IMG/VR virus record: IMGVR_UViG_3300046171_000005
Location: 1-30,110 of that record
From: a virus
Lineage: Duplodnaviria; Caudoviricetes
Direction: 5' to 3' (one strand)
DNA: 30,110 nt
A program made the position numbers and the translations under genes. Under the pieces are notes generated by a model that saw only the letters and a program-made list of their open reading frames with translations, did no database searches and was not told the origin of the DNA. This document shows positions 6,849 through 16,519 of this stretch, in pieces (positions within the stretch are counted from its first letter, which is position 1; each line of letters begins with the position of its first letter).

Positions 6849-8768
6849 TTATTCTCCTTTTATGGTTTTTATTTCTTGTTGTAGAGTTGTTACTTGAGCC
6901 GACAACTCTTGTACGGCTTTTACTAGTATAGGTGTTAGTTCACCTTCTGCTAATCCTTGTGTTCCATCATCTTGTTTAGACCAAAGACCAAAACAATTTG
7001 AATCTAAATTATTGTCATCTATAATTTGTTTTACTTCTTGAGCTATAAATCCGTGCTTTAAAATTATTTCTTCATCATCACTATTTACTCTTTTATCTGA
7101 ATCTTCTTTGTAATAATGTAGAGACTCATCTACATCTTTTTCTTTTTTCCAATTATATGTAACTGGTCTTAAATCATTTACAAAATCTAATCCAAGAGTA
7201 TGATCGTTGATGTTTTCTTTTAATCTTAAATCTGATGTACCACTCCAAGAACTTGAACCTGGGGCTATATAAGTAAGATCACCTTGATAACCTAATGTAA
7301 TATACCTTGTGCCAGAAGATGCCGCTGTTACATTATAACCAATAACAACTGCACCATCTACACCACCAGCAGCAGCGTGTCCAGAATGACTTCCTATTAT
7401 AACATTTTCACTAGATGTTGTAACTAGATCACAAGTGCTTGTTCCTAAAAAAGTATTGTTAGAACCAGTTGTAACCGCACTTCCAGAATTATATCCAAGT
7501 GATACGTTATTATCACCAGAGGTAAGAGCGTCTAAATTCAAGTTTCCTATGGCTACATTATATTCTCCACCAGCTACAGAACCACCTAAAGCAGAATATC
7601 CAACTGCTAAATTATTACTTTCAGTATCAGCATTATAAATAGAACCAAAACCTAAAGCTATATTTCTAGCACCAGTCGTATTTCCTCGACCAGCAGTCTT
7701 GCCCATATAAACATTGTCTTGTCCAGTCGTTGTGCTAAGTCCAGCTTCAAAACCAACACCAGTAAAACCAGAGGCTTCAGTTACAGCACTTCCAGCATTA
7801 TAACCAACTGCTACACATTGGTCAGCAGAAGTCAAAGCATCTAGTGTGTTGTTACCTATAGCTACGTTGTATTCACCACCTGCAATAGAACCACCTAAAG
7901 CTCCATTACCAATTCCTAAATTATTTGTTTCAGTATCAAAAGCATCACCAGCATCTGCACCAATCATAATATTAAATGAACCAGTGGTAACAGCACCACC
8001 AGCTGCATAACCCATAAATGTATTTGAATCACCAGTTGTTAAAGCGTTTCCTGCTGTCCAACCATATACTGTATCAAATGCAGCAGTACTAGTTGTGTCT
8101 AAAATATCTGAGTCAGACATAAAGATAGAGTTGTTCTCTGAAGCAATAGCAATACCAGCAAGAGTTGTAGTTGTACCAGCTGCACCTATTGTACCTATAA
8201 ATGAACTACCAGATTCAGCAGTTAATGTATTGGCTGTAAATACAAAGTCTTTAGCACCACCAATATAGATATCAATAGTATCATCAGTAGGAGCTTCAAT
8301 GTAAGTATCACCGTCATCATCTAGGATTAATCTTCCACCAAATGCAGCTGTATCTATACCAAGTTCAACTTTTGTAGGAGTACCAGAAGCCAACGAGATA
8401 CCTGTAAGGTTTACAGTCTGAGTAGTAGATGAGTGTGAAGAAGATGCTATTGTGCCTTCGACAACATTAGCACCACCATCAGTGATTCTTATCTTTCTAC
8501 CTGGAAAGTATATTGATGAAATATCAGATGATGAAGTTATAGTTATAGTATCAGCATCAGATCTAGCTACAGTATATGTAGCATCTCCGTCACCATACTC
8601 AAAGTAACCATCACCTAATTGTTTGTACATATCATAGATATGCCCCATCAATTCTCTTGCAGCATTATTGACATTACTTGGTGCCATATTCTCTGCAAAG
8701 TTTACAGTCATGTTGCTAGTATTGTTACCAGCAGTTGAACTAAATTTACCTACGCCTGTTCCAGCCAT
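6849..8768 (-). CDS. tail fibre/spike with C-terminal peptidase S74 intramolecular chaperone
   Basis: N-terminal FAENMAPSNVNNAARELM anchor; many N.xIG/VG..AG repeats; SDLRLKENI, LRPVTYNWK, GFIAQEV, LVKAVQEL motifs. Confidence 0.9.
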   Translation of the reverse strand: MAGTGVGKFSSTAGNNTSNMTVNFAENMAPSNVNNAARELMGHIYDMYKQLGDGYFEYGDGDATYTVARSDADTITITSSSDISSIYFPGRKIRITDGGANVVEGTIASSSHSSTTQTVNLTGISLASGTPTKVELGIDTAAFGGRLILDDDGDTYIEAPTDDTIDIYIGGAKDFVFTANTLTAESGSSFIGTIGAAGTTTTLAGIAIASENNSIFMSDSDILDTTSTAAFDTVYGWTAGNALTTGDSNTFMGYAAGGAVTTGSFNIMIGADAGDAFDTETNNLGIGNGALGGSIAGGEYNVAIGNNTLDALTSADQCVAVGYNAGSAVTEASGFTGVGFEAGLSTTTGQDNVYMGKTAGRGNTTGARNIALGFGSIYNADTESNNLAVGYSALGGSVAGGEYNVAIGNLNLDALTSGDNNVSLGYNSGSAVTTGSNNTFLGTSTCDLVTTSSENVIIGSHSGHAAAGGVDGAVVIGYNVTAASSGTRYITLGYQGDLTYIAPGSSSWSGTSDLRLKENINDHTLGLDFVNDLRPVTYNWKKEKDVDESLHYYKEDSDKRVNSDDEEIILKHGFIAQEVKQIIDDNNLDSNCFGLWSKQDDGTQGLAEGELTPILVKAVQELSAQVTTLQQEIKTIKGE

Positions 8769-8786
8769 AGTGTTTTCCTCCTAATT

Positions 8787-11700
8787 TTAATTAAATCCTG
8801 TATAATATTTGGTTCTTCTACCTTCTGGGTAGATAGGGTGTCCAAAGTTTCCAATTATATAGTTAATAGCATCTTGAAAATCTAAGTCGTCTTTTTGCAT
8901 TTGTTCAACAACTCCTCTGAAAGCAAATGGTAATAATGACATACCAATTTGTTCTCCATAATCCCTAGCTCTGTAGAGTGAAAACAAATCAGATTCACTG
9001 ATAGGACTAGGCCATGGGCTTGTCAAGTATTTTTTATTAAATAATAATTGTTCAGTTAGTTTTAGTGTACTACCTTGTTTAGATACTAAGGTTTTATATG
9101 GGTGTACAGCCCAATGTAAAGGTTCCATCAACTGTTTAGAAAATACCATAGTGTCTCCATTACCTAAATCTATTTTAGTTGGATCTTTATTTTCTAACAA
9201 TGATTTACCAGTAAACATATATTGCAATGCACTACCAAAAGTTGCATATATTAATGCAGCTCTCATAGCGTATGCTTGGTAAAGTTTTCTTCCTATTGGA
9301 TCTTTGTTAAATCCAGGAAATGCTTTACCTATAATTCTTATATTTGCAGTAGTCCAGTCAGGAGCAAATAATAATAACTGTAATATTCTTCTACCTGATG
9401 GATTGTATGCTTCGCCTAATACTTTTTTAAGAAGTGGATTTGTAGTGTCCTCATAAATCTGTCTCCAGTTTAATCCACCATATGCATCATTAGTATATTC
9501 AGCAGCTCTCCTATCTAATATGTGCATAGGAACATCTTTGTTTGCAGGATCTCTTAATAGTTTCATTCTTGCAGTTTGAAATGTATATAACTTACCTGAG
9601 TTATAGACATGATCCCATGTAACCATATCAATAAATCTAAATGGTTTTGTAACAAGTTTATCTATACCTTGTTGCATAGTCCATTTCATTAAAGGGCTAC
9701 CAGTCTTATCTGCTAATCTATTTGCACCTTGTATTAAATCATAGAATCTATGGTATCCAATATCTTCAGGGTGTGAGAATATAGCACCAGCTCTAAGTGC
9801 AGCTTCATAGTCATCACCATTACCACCTTCTTGTATCATGCGTTTTGCACTTATAGTCTTTGGTATAAAATATCTTATGCCAGGTACTTTACCTAGACCA
9901 GCTACATTAGCTATCTTAGCTGTGCCTACACCTGCAAAAAACATATTTTCAAACAATGCCATTCCATGAAAGAATGAATAACCAACACTTAATCTTTTTT
10001 GTAAGAAGTTAAAGTTTGATATAGCTCTAAAGAAACCTTTCTCTACACTTGTATCAAACATCATTTTAAGATGTGGTGCAGCTTCCTTAAATACATAAGG
10101 TACTTTAATACTTTTATCTTCTGTAATAAGTTTGTTTCTTAACTTAATAATATCTTGTGGTGATTTTACTTTACCAGTTTCTTTTGCTTTAGATATAGTT
10201 TCATTAATACGATTGATTGCTGATCTATTTAATGGGTTAGCACTAATAATACCATCATGTGGAAACTGTACATATTCATCAATATCAACACCTCTTGATA
10301 GTAGTAAATCTTTATCTGCATATAAAAAGTTTTGCATCATACCTTTTGGTGTAGTACGACCAGGTATCTTAGAATTATATAAACCTTTTAATGCATCTCG
10401 TTCAGCAATAGCTTTAAACAAAGAATGATTATACAAAGCAATAATCTCACCAAGATTTGTAGTTCTTGGTTTTAATCCTGCTTTAATACCTTCATCATAT
10501 GAATCTACAACTTTAACATTTTCAGTTGCAAGTCTACCTCTATAACCCGCACCTTTTTTTGTTTCAGTAAAGAAATTAGTAAAGAATGATTTAGCATCAT
10601 CATCTGTAATCATAGCTGATCGTTGCCAGAAACCAGGTAAAAAGTTTTCTCTCCACTTTAATTTAAGTGTATCGTTATTAGCTAACTCTTTATGTATTTT
10701 TTCAAAGAATCTTTGTGCAGCTTTTGCAGCTTTTAATTCATCAGAGCTTAAATCAGATTCTTTAACTACAAGTTGTTTTGTTTTTTTATCTCTAACTTTT
10801 TGTATAAATTTAAGAACATCTTCTTCTCTACTTTTTGCAATAGGAAATTCTTTTCTAAATAACATATTCAACTGATGTGAATACATACCACCCAGTTTAT
10901 AAAAAGTATCCATGTTATAAAGAATCTTTCTACTTACAGCAGTAGCTTTAGAGTCCAGTAAATCTTTTGTAACACCAAGGTCTGCTAAATCTTTATTAAA
11001 TCTTTTATTAAGTTTTACAGCTTCAAGATACTCATCTCTAGTTTTAATATTAATTTTACTAGTATCTACACCTGTACCTTTTACCTCATTATAAAATCCA
11101 TCCCATTCTTTTTTATCAATGAATTTAGTAGCAAGATCTTTACCTCTACTAGTTTGTAAAGCTCTATTAATGCTTTTACCAACTACTTTACCAAAGGTAG
11201 TACCAGCTAATACTGTTCCACCAGTAATTAAAAAGTTTTCCGGTTCTCCTGTAGCTAATGCTCCACCAGCTCCAAAGACTCCACCAGCAACTAAAGGTGT
11301 TGTAGAGTTTCTATATATTTTTTTAGCAAGACTTGTATCATACATATCTACTGCAAGTTTACGGAATGTTTCGTTTAATCTACTTTCAATATCTTGATAC
11401 ATTGCCATAGCATTTGCATCATTATATTTAAACTCTTTTCCTTTTAATGTTTCTATTGTATCAAATACTTTATCTTCAAAGTAAACTGGTTTACCTTGTT
11501 TGCTTAATTCTAATCCTTCTAGTAATCTGATTGCTTCAGGTTCACCAGCTTCTGCTCTAGGTCTTACAATACTATCTTTTATTTCATCCATAGTACCAGT
11601 AAATTTACCTATAGTATTTAGTGATCCACCAAATGCTACACCTAAACCTAAACCACCAGCTCCACCTATAGCAGTTTCAACTGCCATACGATTAGCATCA

Positions 11701-12308
11701 AACTGACCATTCTCTCCTGCTTGTTGTATAACAGAATACAATGCAGCTTCAGGTACAGCAGCAGTTCCTATTGCAGCTCCCCTGGCTAATCTTGGAACTT
11801 TACCTAATACTTTATTAGCTTGATAGAATTTAGTAAGAGCATTACCTCCTAGTAAGTATGGAGTAAATATAAGATATGGATCTGCCATAAAAGCATTTAC
11901 AAACTCACCAGCCATTTGTCCTGGATTAGTTTTTACTGCTTCTTGTAATGCTTCAAAGCTAAATGGTTGTCCTTGTTCTAATAGATAACCATAGCGTTCT
12001 AGTTTTCTTTGTGCATTTATATATTCAGGTGTACCTTCTAACTCAGGGTTAGCTTCAATAAAGTCTTGCGCCCTCTTAGCTTGTACTTCTTGAGTATCAC
12101 CAGTAAGATAATTATATCCTTGTCTTACAACAGACTCATTAAACATAAGATCTATTGGATTTCGTAATGTTTCAAAGAAACCTTTTTGTTCTGGACTTGA
12201 TATAGATTCTCCTAGATCTAGTGCTTGTTTTGAATCACCTAAATCTAAAGAGTTTTTTGAGTCTCCTAAATCTAAGGCAGATATTGAATTGCCTAAATCA
12301 AGAGCCAT
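8787..12308 (-). CDS. large internal virion (ejection/DNA-transfer) protein
   Basis: 1173 aa helical protein with Gly/Ala-rich hydrophobic segments, directly upstream of the tail fibre as in podoviruses. Confidence 0.65.
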   Translation of the reverse strand: MALDLGNSISALDLGDSKNSLDLGDSKQALDLGESISSPEQKGFFETLRNPIDLMFNESVVRQGYNYLTGDTQEVQAKRAQDFIEANPELEGTPEYINAQRKLERYGYLLEQGQPFSFEALQEAVKTNPGQMAGEFVNAFMADPYLIFTPYLLGGNALTKFYQANKVLGKVPRLARGAAIGTAAVPEAALYSVIQQAGENGQFDANRMAVETAIGGAGGLGLGVAFGGSLNTIGKFTGTMDEIKDSIVRPRAEAGEPEAIRLLEGLELSKQGKPVYFEDKVFDTIETLKGKEFKYNDANAMAMYQDIESRLNETFRKLAVDMYDTSLAKKIYRNSTTPLVAGGVFGAGGALATGEPENFLITGGTVLAGTTFGKVVGKSINRALQTSRGKDLATKFIDKKEWDGFYNEVKGTGVDTSKINIKTRDEYLEAVKLNKRFNKDLADLGVTKDLLDSKATAVSRKILYNMDTFYKLGGMYSHQLNMLFRKEFPIAKSREEDVLKFIQKVRDKKTKQLVVKESDLSSDELKAAKAAQRFFEKIHKELANNDTLKLKWRENFLPGFWQRSAMITDDDAKSFFTNFFTETKKGAGYRGRLATENVKVVDSYDEGIKAGLKPRTTNLGEIIALYNHSLFKAIAERDALKGLYNSKIPGRTTPKGMMQNFLYADKDLLLSRGVDIDEYVQFPHDGIISANPLNRSAINRINETISKAKETGKVKSPQDIIKLRNKLITEDKSIKVPYVFKEAAPHLKMMFDTSVEKGFFRAISNFNFLQKRLSVGYSFFHGMALFENMFFAGVGTAKIANVAGLGKVPGIRYFIPKTISAKRMIQEGGNGDDYEAALRAGAIFSHPEDIGYHRFYDLIQGANRLADKTGSPLMKWTMQQGIDKLVTKPFRFIDMVTWDHVYNSGKLYTFQTARMKLLRDPANKDVPMHILDRRAAEYTNDAYGGLNWRQIYEDTTNPLLKKVLGEAYNPSGRRILQLLLFAPDWTTANIRIIGKAFPGFNKDPIGRKLYQAYAMRAALIYATFGSALQYMFTGKSLLENKDPTKIDLGNGDTMVFSKQLMEPLHWAVHPYKTLVSKQGSTLKLTEQLLFNKKYLTSPWPSPISESDLFSLYRARDYGEQIGMSLLPFAFRGVVEQMQKDDLDFQDAINYIIGNFGHPIYPEGRRTKYYTGFN

Positions 12309-12309
12309 G

Positions 12310-13296
12310 CTATTGTTTTATTTTTCTTTCACCTTGGTAGATAAACATAGTGCCTTTTGGTATTGCATCAAACTCCTCTTGTGAATAGTTGTCTACATTA
12401 ATAACTGAACCTTCAGGATCAATTACATATTCTTTACCATATAAAGATGCTACATTTTTAAGTCCACCACCTTCTTGTTGTGCAAGTTGATAGGCTAATG
12501 TAATAGCTTCATTAAAAGACATACCAGTATTTTGTTGTATTGTTTTTGCTCTACCAGCTACAAAGTTTGCAACAGCATCTATGTCATCTTTATCTACATC
12601 TTTTTTAACAATATTCTTAGCTATTTCTAATTCACCTTTTTCTACTTTACCTGGTGTAGTTGCTTTCTTTTGTGCTTCTAATACTTGAAACTGACTCTTT
12701 GTTAAATTATTTTGTGCAATAGCTGATTGTAATAAAGCAGAGGCTTGTTCTTTTTTAAACTTATTATTACCAAGTATAGCTTCTGCTATTGTATCACCTT
12801 GTTGTCCACGAACATAAATATCTAAACCATTAATAATTTTATCATATGCTTCAGGATTATTGTCTTGTAAATTAAATATCTTATCAGCAACAGAGTTTAA
12901 CTTAGACATCATAGTTTTAGGTTTGCTTTCAGATAGTGCTTCATTAATTTCTTTAATTGGCCCAGCTTTAACAACTTCTTCTCCAGAAGGTACTTTTTCA
13001 CCTGATGCTTTAAATGCAGCTTCTTTATCTTGTGCAGCTTTACTTGATGCTTCAATGTCTGCACCTGTTCTAAATAAACCTGTAAGTTCTTTACTTGGTA
13101 TTTGCCTAGCACCAAAATCTGTTGTAATTGTCTGTTCAGTATCTTTGAATGTAGGACTTAAATACATTGTTCCTGGATCTTTAGGTTTTGTATATGTCTC
13201 TATCATTTGCTGTCTAAATTCTTCATCAGTTAAAGATTTAGGTTTTGCAAATGGATTGTTTAATAATCCAGAATATTGATTCATTGTATTTACCAT
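12310..13296 (-). CDS. putative internal virion protein
   Basis: Helical 328 aa protein between ejection-like genes; AAGGAG RBS. Confidence 0.55.
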   Translation of the reverse strand: MVNTMNQYSGLLNNPFAKPKSLTDEEFRQQMIETYTKPKDPGTMYLSPTFKDTEQTITTDFGARQIPSKELTGLFRTGADIEASSKAAQDKEAAFKASGEKVPSGEEVVKAGPIKEINEALSESKPKTMMSKLNSVADKIFNLQDNNPEAYDKIINGLDIYVRGQQGDTIAEAILGNNKFKKEQASALLQSAIAQNNLTKSQFQVLEAQKKATTPGKVEKGELEIAKNIVKKDVDKDDIDAVANFVAGRAKTIQQNTGMSFNEAITLAYQLAQQEGGGLKNVASLYGKEYVIDPEGSVINVDNYSQEEFDAIPKGTMFIYQGERKIKQ

Positions 13297-13305
13297 AGTA
13301 TCTCC

Positions 13306-14400
13306 TTATCCTAATAATCCACCGAGGCCACCAAGTATTGCACCGAGACCTCCGTATCCAAATTGAGAACCTAATCCATAACCTGCTTCTGCTAAACCGA
13401 AAGCACTAGTTAATGGGTTGGCTTGTTCAGCATATCTTATGCCTGGCATTTGCATACCAGCTGCACCAAATATAGGACTAGCAAACTGTGATAGTCTTTG
13501 ATATGGAGCTTGTTGTTCAAATTGAAATCTATTAATACGATCTTGTAAGTTTCTAGCAGCAAGATCTTCATATGCAGAACCTACTCCACTAATACCAGAT
13601 ATACCTGCTAATCGTCTTTCATCCATTTGTTGTTGCAATCCAGGTAATGCTTGCGCACCTTGCATCATTCTAGCAATTGCAGATTCTCTAGCTTGTTGCT
13701 GACGAGCTATGTCAGCTTGAGATGCACCATATTGTCTTTGTAATTGAGATTCAGTACCGCCATACATTCTTTGTAATTGTCCTGAGGCTGCTTGTTGTTG
13801 TCTAACAATGTCTGCTTCTCTTGCAGATAGTTCTCTAGCTCTTTCTGCTTCAGCAGCACTTTGAGCTATAGGTGCATATGCTTGTGTAAATCCTCTAGCA
13901 GCAGCTTGTTGTGCAGCAGGACTAGTGCCTGTTCTACCCATACCACCAAATTGTGAGGCAATATCACCCATAACATCAGAACTAATACCAGCTCTAACAT
14001 CTCTTAAATAATCAGCTTGTGGAGTTAATTCACCATATGCTTGTCTACCTGTGTAAGCAGATCCCATACCTCCACCAAGTCCCATACCTGCACCAAGACC
14101 TCTACCCATATAAGCATCAGGCATAACACCAGTAGCAAATCCACCTAGTGCTGTTTCAGCTGTACCAAATAAACGACTTGGGCCAGTCATTTCAAATCCT
14201 AATCCCTTTGATAAATCTAACCCTGCTTGTGTTTCAGGTGCAAAAGGAATTACAGTTGAGCCAGGATAATATGATTTACCAACATCACTCGCATATAAAC
14301 GAGCAGCTTCTGACATTATATCTTTTACATAAGGTTCAGCAGGTTCATATATTCCACCCCCTGTTTCTATTACTTGTGGATCATCTCCTCCGAATGACAT
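13306..14400 (-). CDS. putative ejection (DNA transfer) protein
   Basis: Gln/Ala/Gly-rich, RFQFEQQAPYQRL motif, C-terminal glycine zipper GLGAILGGLGGLLG; follows the GNAT gene. Confidence 0.65.
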   Translation of the reverse strand: MSFGGDDPQVIETGGGIYEPAEPYVKDIMSEAARLYASDVGKSYYPGSTVIPFAPETQAGLDLSKGLGFEMTGPSRLFGTAETALGGFATGVMPDAYMGRGLGAGMGLGGGMGSAYTGRQAYGELTPQADYLRDVRAGISSDVMGDIASQFGGMGRTGTSPAAQQAAARGFTQAYAPIAQSAAEAERARELSAREADIVRQQQAASGQLQRMYGGTESQLQRQYGASQADIARQQQARESAIARMMQGAQALPGLQQQMDERRLAGISGISGVGSAYEDLAARNLQDRINRFQFEQQAPYQRLSQFASPIFGAAGMQMPGIRYAEQANPLTSAFGLAEAGYGLGSQFGYGGLGAILGGLGGLLG

Positions 14401-14403
14401 ATG

Positions 14404-14829
14404 TTAGTCCTCCAACTTTCTTTCTAATAAATAGTGTGTTATTTTATAATCATGTTTTTTTAGTATGCGAGACCAACCTGGTCGAGCATATGTTTCTAGA
14501 TGAGTACACCCTTGTTGTTTGGCGTAATCTTCTAGTGTAGTAATTTTATCTTCCCAAGATCTTTTATTCTTGCCAGTAGCTATAAATATATTCAATGATT
14601 GAGTATTACTACGTTTAATTATCTTAGTTACAATACAACCTTGATATTTGTTTTTTCTTTTTTCATTCCATAAAATCCATAACTGAGCTTTACCTTTATA
14701 TAATTGTTTGTGTACATCTTCTAAGTTATAGTGATTACCAGAATGTTGTAACGCTTTATCAATCGAATCATTAACAAATGGTTCAACTGTTTTAATATTA
14801 TCTGTAGGTATAAATACAGGTATTGTCAT
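14404..14829 (-). CDS. GNAT-fold acetyltransferase-like morphogenesis protein
   Basis: LEDYAKQQGCTHLETYARPGWSRIL motif; position between tail hub and ejection genes. Confidence 0.7.
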   Translation of the reverse strand: MTIPVFIPTDNIKTVEPFVNDSIDKALQHSGNHYNLEDVHKQLYKGKAQLWILWNEKRKNKYQGCIVTKIIKRSNTQSLNIFIATGKNKRSWEDKITTLEDYAKQQGCTHLETYARPGWSRILKKHDYKITHYLLERKLED

Positions 14830-15149
14830 GTAATTTCTAATATAGATATTGTTCCACTAAAATGATTTGCAGATCCAGCTTCTAATCTTAATATATCACC
14901 AGATTCTAAAACTATAATACCATCAGATATGTCCTGAGAAACACCTGAGTTTATTGTGTGTTCGTCTATTTGAAACTCTGTACTAGCAGAACTATCATAG
15001 ATATAACCTTTAATAGTATGATTACCAGCACCATAATTTACTACATGAATATTTTTGACTAAGCAAGTAGATCCAGATGCACAAGTATATACATCTGTTT
15101 TATTTGTATTTGTTAAATTAAATTGTGCGTTGTTATAATTGTGTGCCAT
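14826..15149 (-). CDS. beta-rich putative virion protein
   Basis: 107 aa, VYTC..IVLESGDILRL..SILEI pattern. Confidence 0.65.
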   Translation of the reverse strand: MAHNYNNAQFNLTNTNKTDVYTCASGSTCLVKNIHVVNYGAGNHTIKGYIYDSSASTEFQIDEHTINSGVSQDISDGIIVLESGDILRLEAGSANHFSGTISILEIT

Positions 15150-15283
15150 TACTCTTTATTATCCTCATCTACTCTTTTCCAAAATTCGTCAAGAGCATTG
15201 TGTTCGCAGTTAGAACATTTGCATACAGGACATTGACCATTGTTGCTACAATGACATTCGTGTTCACAGTTTTTACATTGCAT
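15149..15283 (-). CDS. metallothionein-like Cys/His-rich peptide (44 aa; not in ORF track)
   Basis: MQCKNCEHECHCSNNGQCPVCKCSNCEHNALDEFWKRVDEDNKE; GGAGG RBS; TAATG coupling to next gene. Confidence 0.75.
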   Translation of the reverse strand: MQCKNCEHECHCSNNGQCPVCKCSNCEHNALDEFWKRVDEDNKE

Positions 15284-15284
15284 A

Positions 15285-15434
15285 TTAACCTCCAAAGAAC
15301 CAAGATGCTACTTCATAGTTTTCATCATTATGATAGCGTACTAGTTGATTTACAATATCTTCAATGACTAGTTGAAAGTTAGCCTGGTTATCTAAGTCTT
15401 GATAGATATATTCTAAGTCTCTAATACTTGTCAT
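15285..15434 (-). CDS. small hypothetical protein (49 aa; not in ORF track)
   Basis: MTSIRDLEYIYQDLDNQANFQLVIEDIVNQLVRYHNDENYEVASWFFGG; TAATG coupling to upstream gene. Confidence 0.7.
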   Translation of the reverse strand: MTSIRDLEYIYQDLDNQANFQLVIEDIVNQLVRYHNDENYEVASWFFGG

Positions 15435-16519
15435 TAGAATCTAGATGTTCCTTTATTTTTACCACCTTGTCCACCAGCACCAAGACCTCCTCTACCAGCT
15501 CCACTACCTGAACTTTGTCGACCACCTCGACCGCCTCCGCCACCTGGGCCTCGACTACCTGTATTATTACGTCTTTCTGATGTAGTTTGTTTACCTACTG
15601 TTGTGCCAGCTCCTGGGCGACCAGTTCCTCCCATTGGGCCTGCTCCACCACCTGTACCAGTTGTACCAGATGGAGGTGAATATCCTCCTTCACCTTTACT
15701 ATCCATTTTTTTCTCAACTTCTGCAAGCATATCATCAATAGATAGTTCTTCAATACCAGCTTGTGTAAATGCTTTTTTATTTAAAGTAGTACCACTTGTT
15801 AGTGTAGCTTGAGTTAAAGCATCTTGAGGAGATAAACCTGATTTTAATGCATCATTATAAGAATCTGCAAGTTGTCCAATAGCAACATCTCCTTCAATAC
15901 CAAGTCCTTTTAGTTGAGCTTTGTTAATCATATTAGCAGCTCCAGCTATTGGGCCTATTGGCATTCCTGTAATTGTTCCAAGTAACCCAGCTACCGCAGG
16001 ATTAAAACTTTGAACATCACTAGCTATCTGACCAAAATTACGTTGTTGCATTCCTCCTATACGATCTTGATAACCTTGAAAGCCACCAGTATCTCCTCCA
16101 CCGCCTCTTGCTGGTGTTCCAGAAGAAGGTTGTGGATCTATTCCAATAGATGGTTCTATTGTTTCTTGAGGTTTTAAAGTTTCAAATGGTGTAGATACAG
16201 GCAAGAAGTCTTGTTGATCTGTTCTAAATGGAGCCATGTATTCAGGAATAATAGTTTCTGTTTGTCCAGTTGCAGGATTAAATCTTAACTGTACTTGTTG
16301 TCCTGGTTGTGTAGCATCTTGACTAATAGTTTGTGAACCCATACCACCAAGAACACCCATTTGTGTAGGAGTAGTAGCAGGTTGCAATAGCCCAGCATAA
16401 GTATCTCTTATCTGATTAAATTGTGAATCTTGAAATGTTTTTTTACTTTCAGGATAAACTATAGACTCATATCTTTGTCTAATTCTATCAAAATCTATTG
16501 GGTTTCCTATTAGTGCCAT
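15434..16519 (-). CDS. low-complexity putative virion protein with Gly/Arg-rich tail
   Basis: Pro/Gln/Gly-rich, C-terminal RGPGGGGGRGGRQSSG..., coupled to the tail hub gene. Confidence 0.6.
   Translation of the reverse strand: MALIGNPIDFDRIRQRYESIVYPESKKTFQDSQFNQIRDTYAGLLQPATTPTQMGVLGGMGSQTISQDATQPGQQVQLRFNPATGQTETIIPEYMAPFRTDQQDFLPVSTPFETLKPQETIEPSIGIDPQPSSGTPARGGGGDTGGFQGYQDRIGGMQQRNFGQIASDVQSFNPAVAGLLGTITGMPIGPIAGAANMINKAQLKGLGIEGDVAIGQLADSYNDALKSGLSPQDALTQATLTSGTTLNKKAFTQAGIEELSIDDMLAEVEKKMDSKGEGGYSPPSGTTGTGGGAGPMGGTGRPGAGTTVGKQTTSERRNNTGSRGPGGGGGRGGRQSSGSGAGRGGLGAGGQGGKNKGTSRF

Noticed and set aside
6849-8768. Diversity-generating retroelement acting on the tail fibre
   Set aside because: No reverse transcriptase in the window; repeats are in-frame protein repeats without evident adenine-specific differences.
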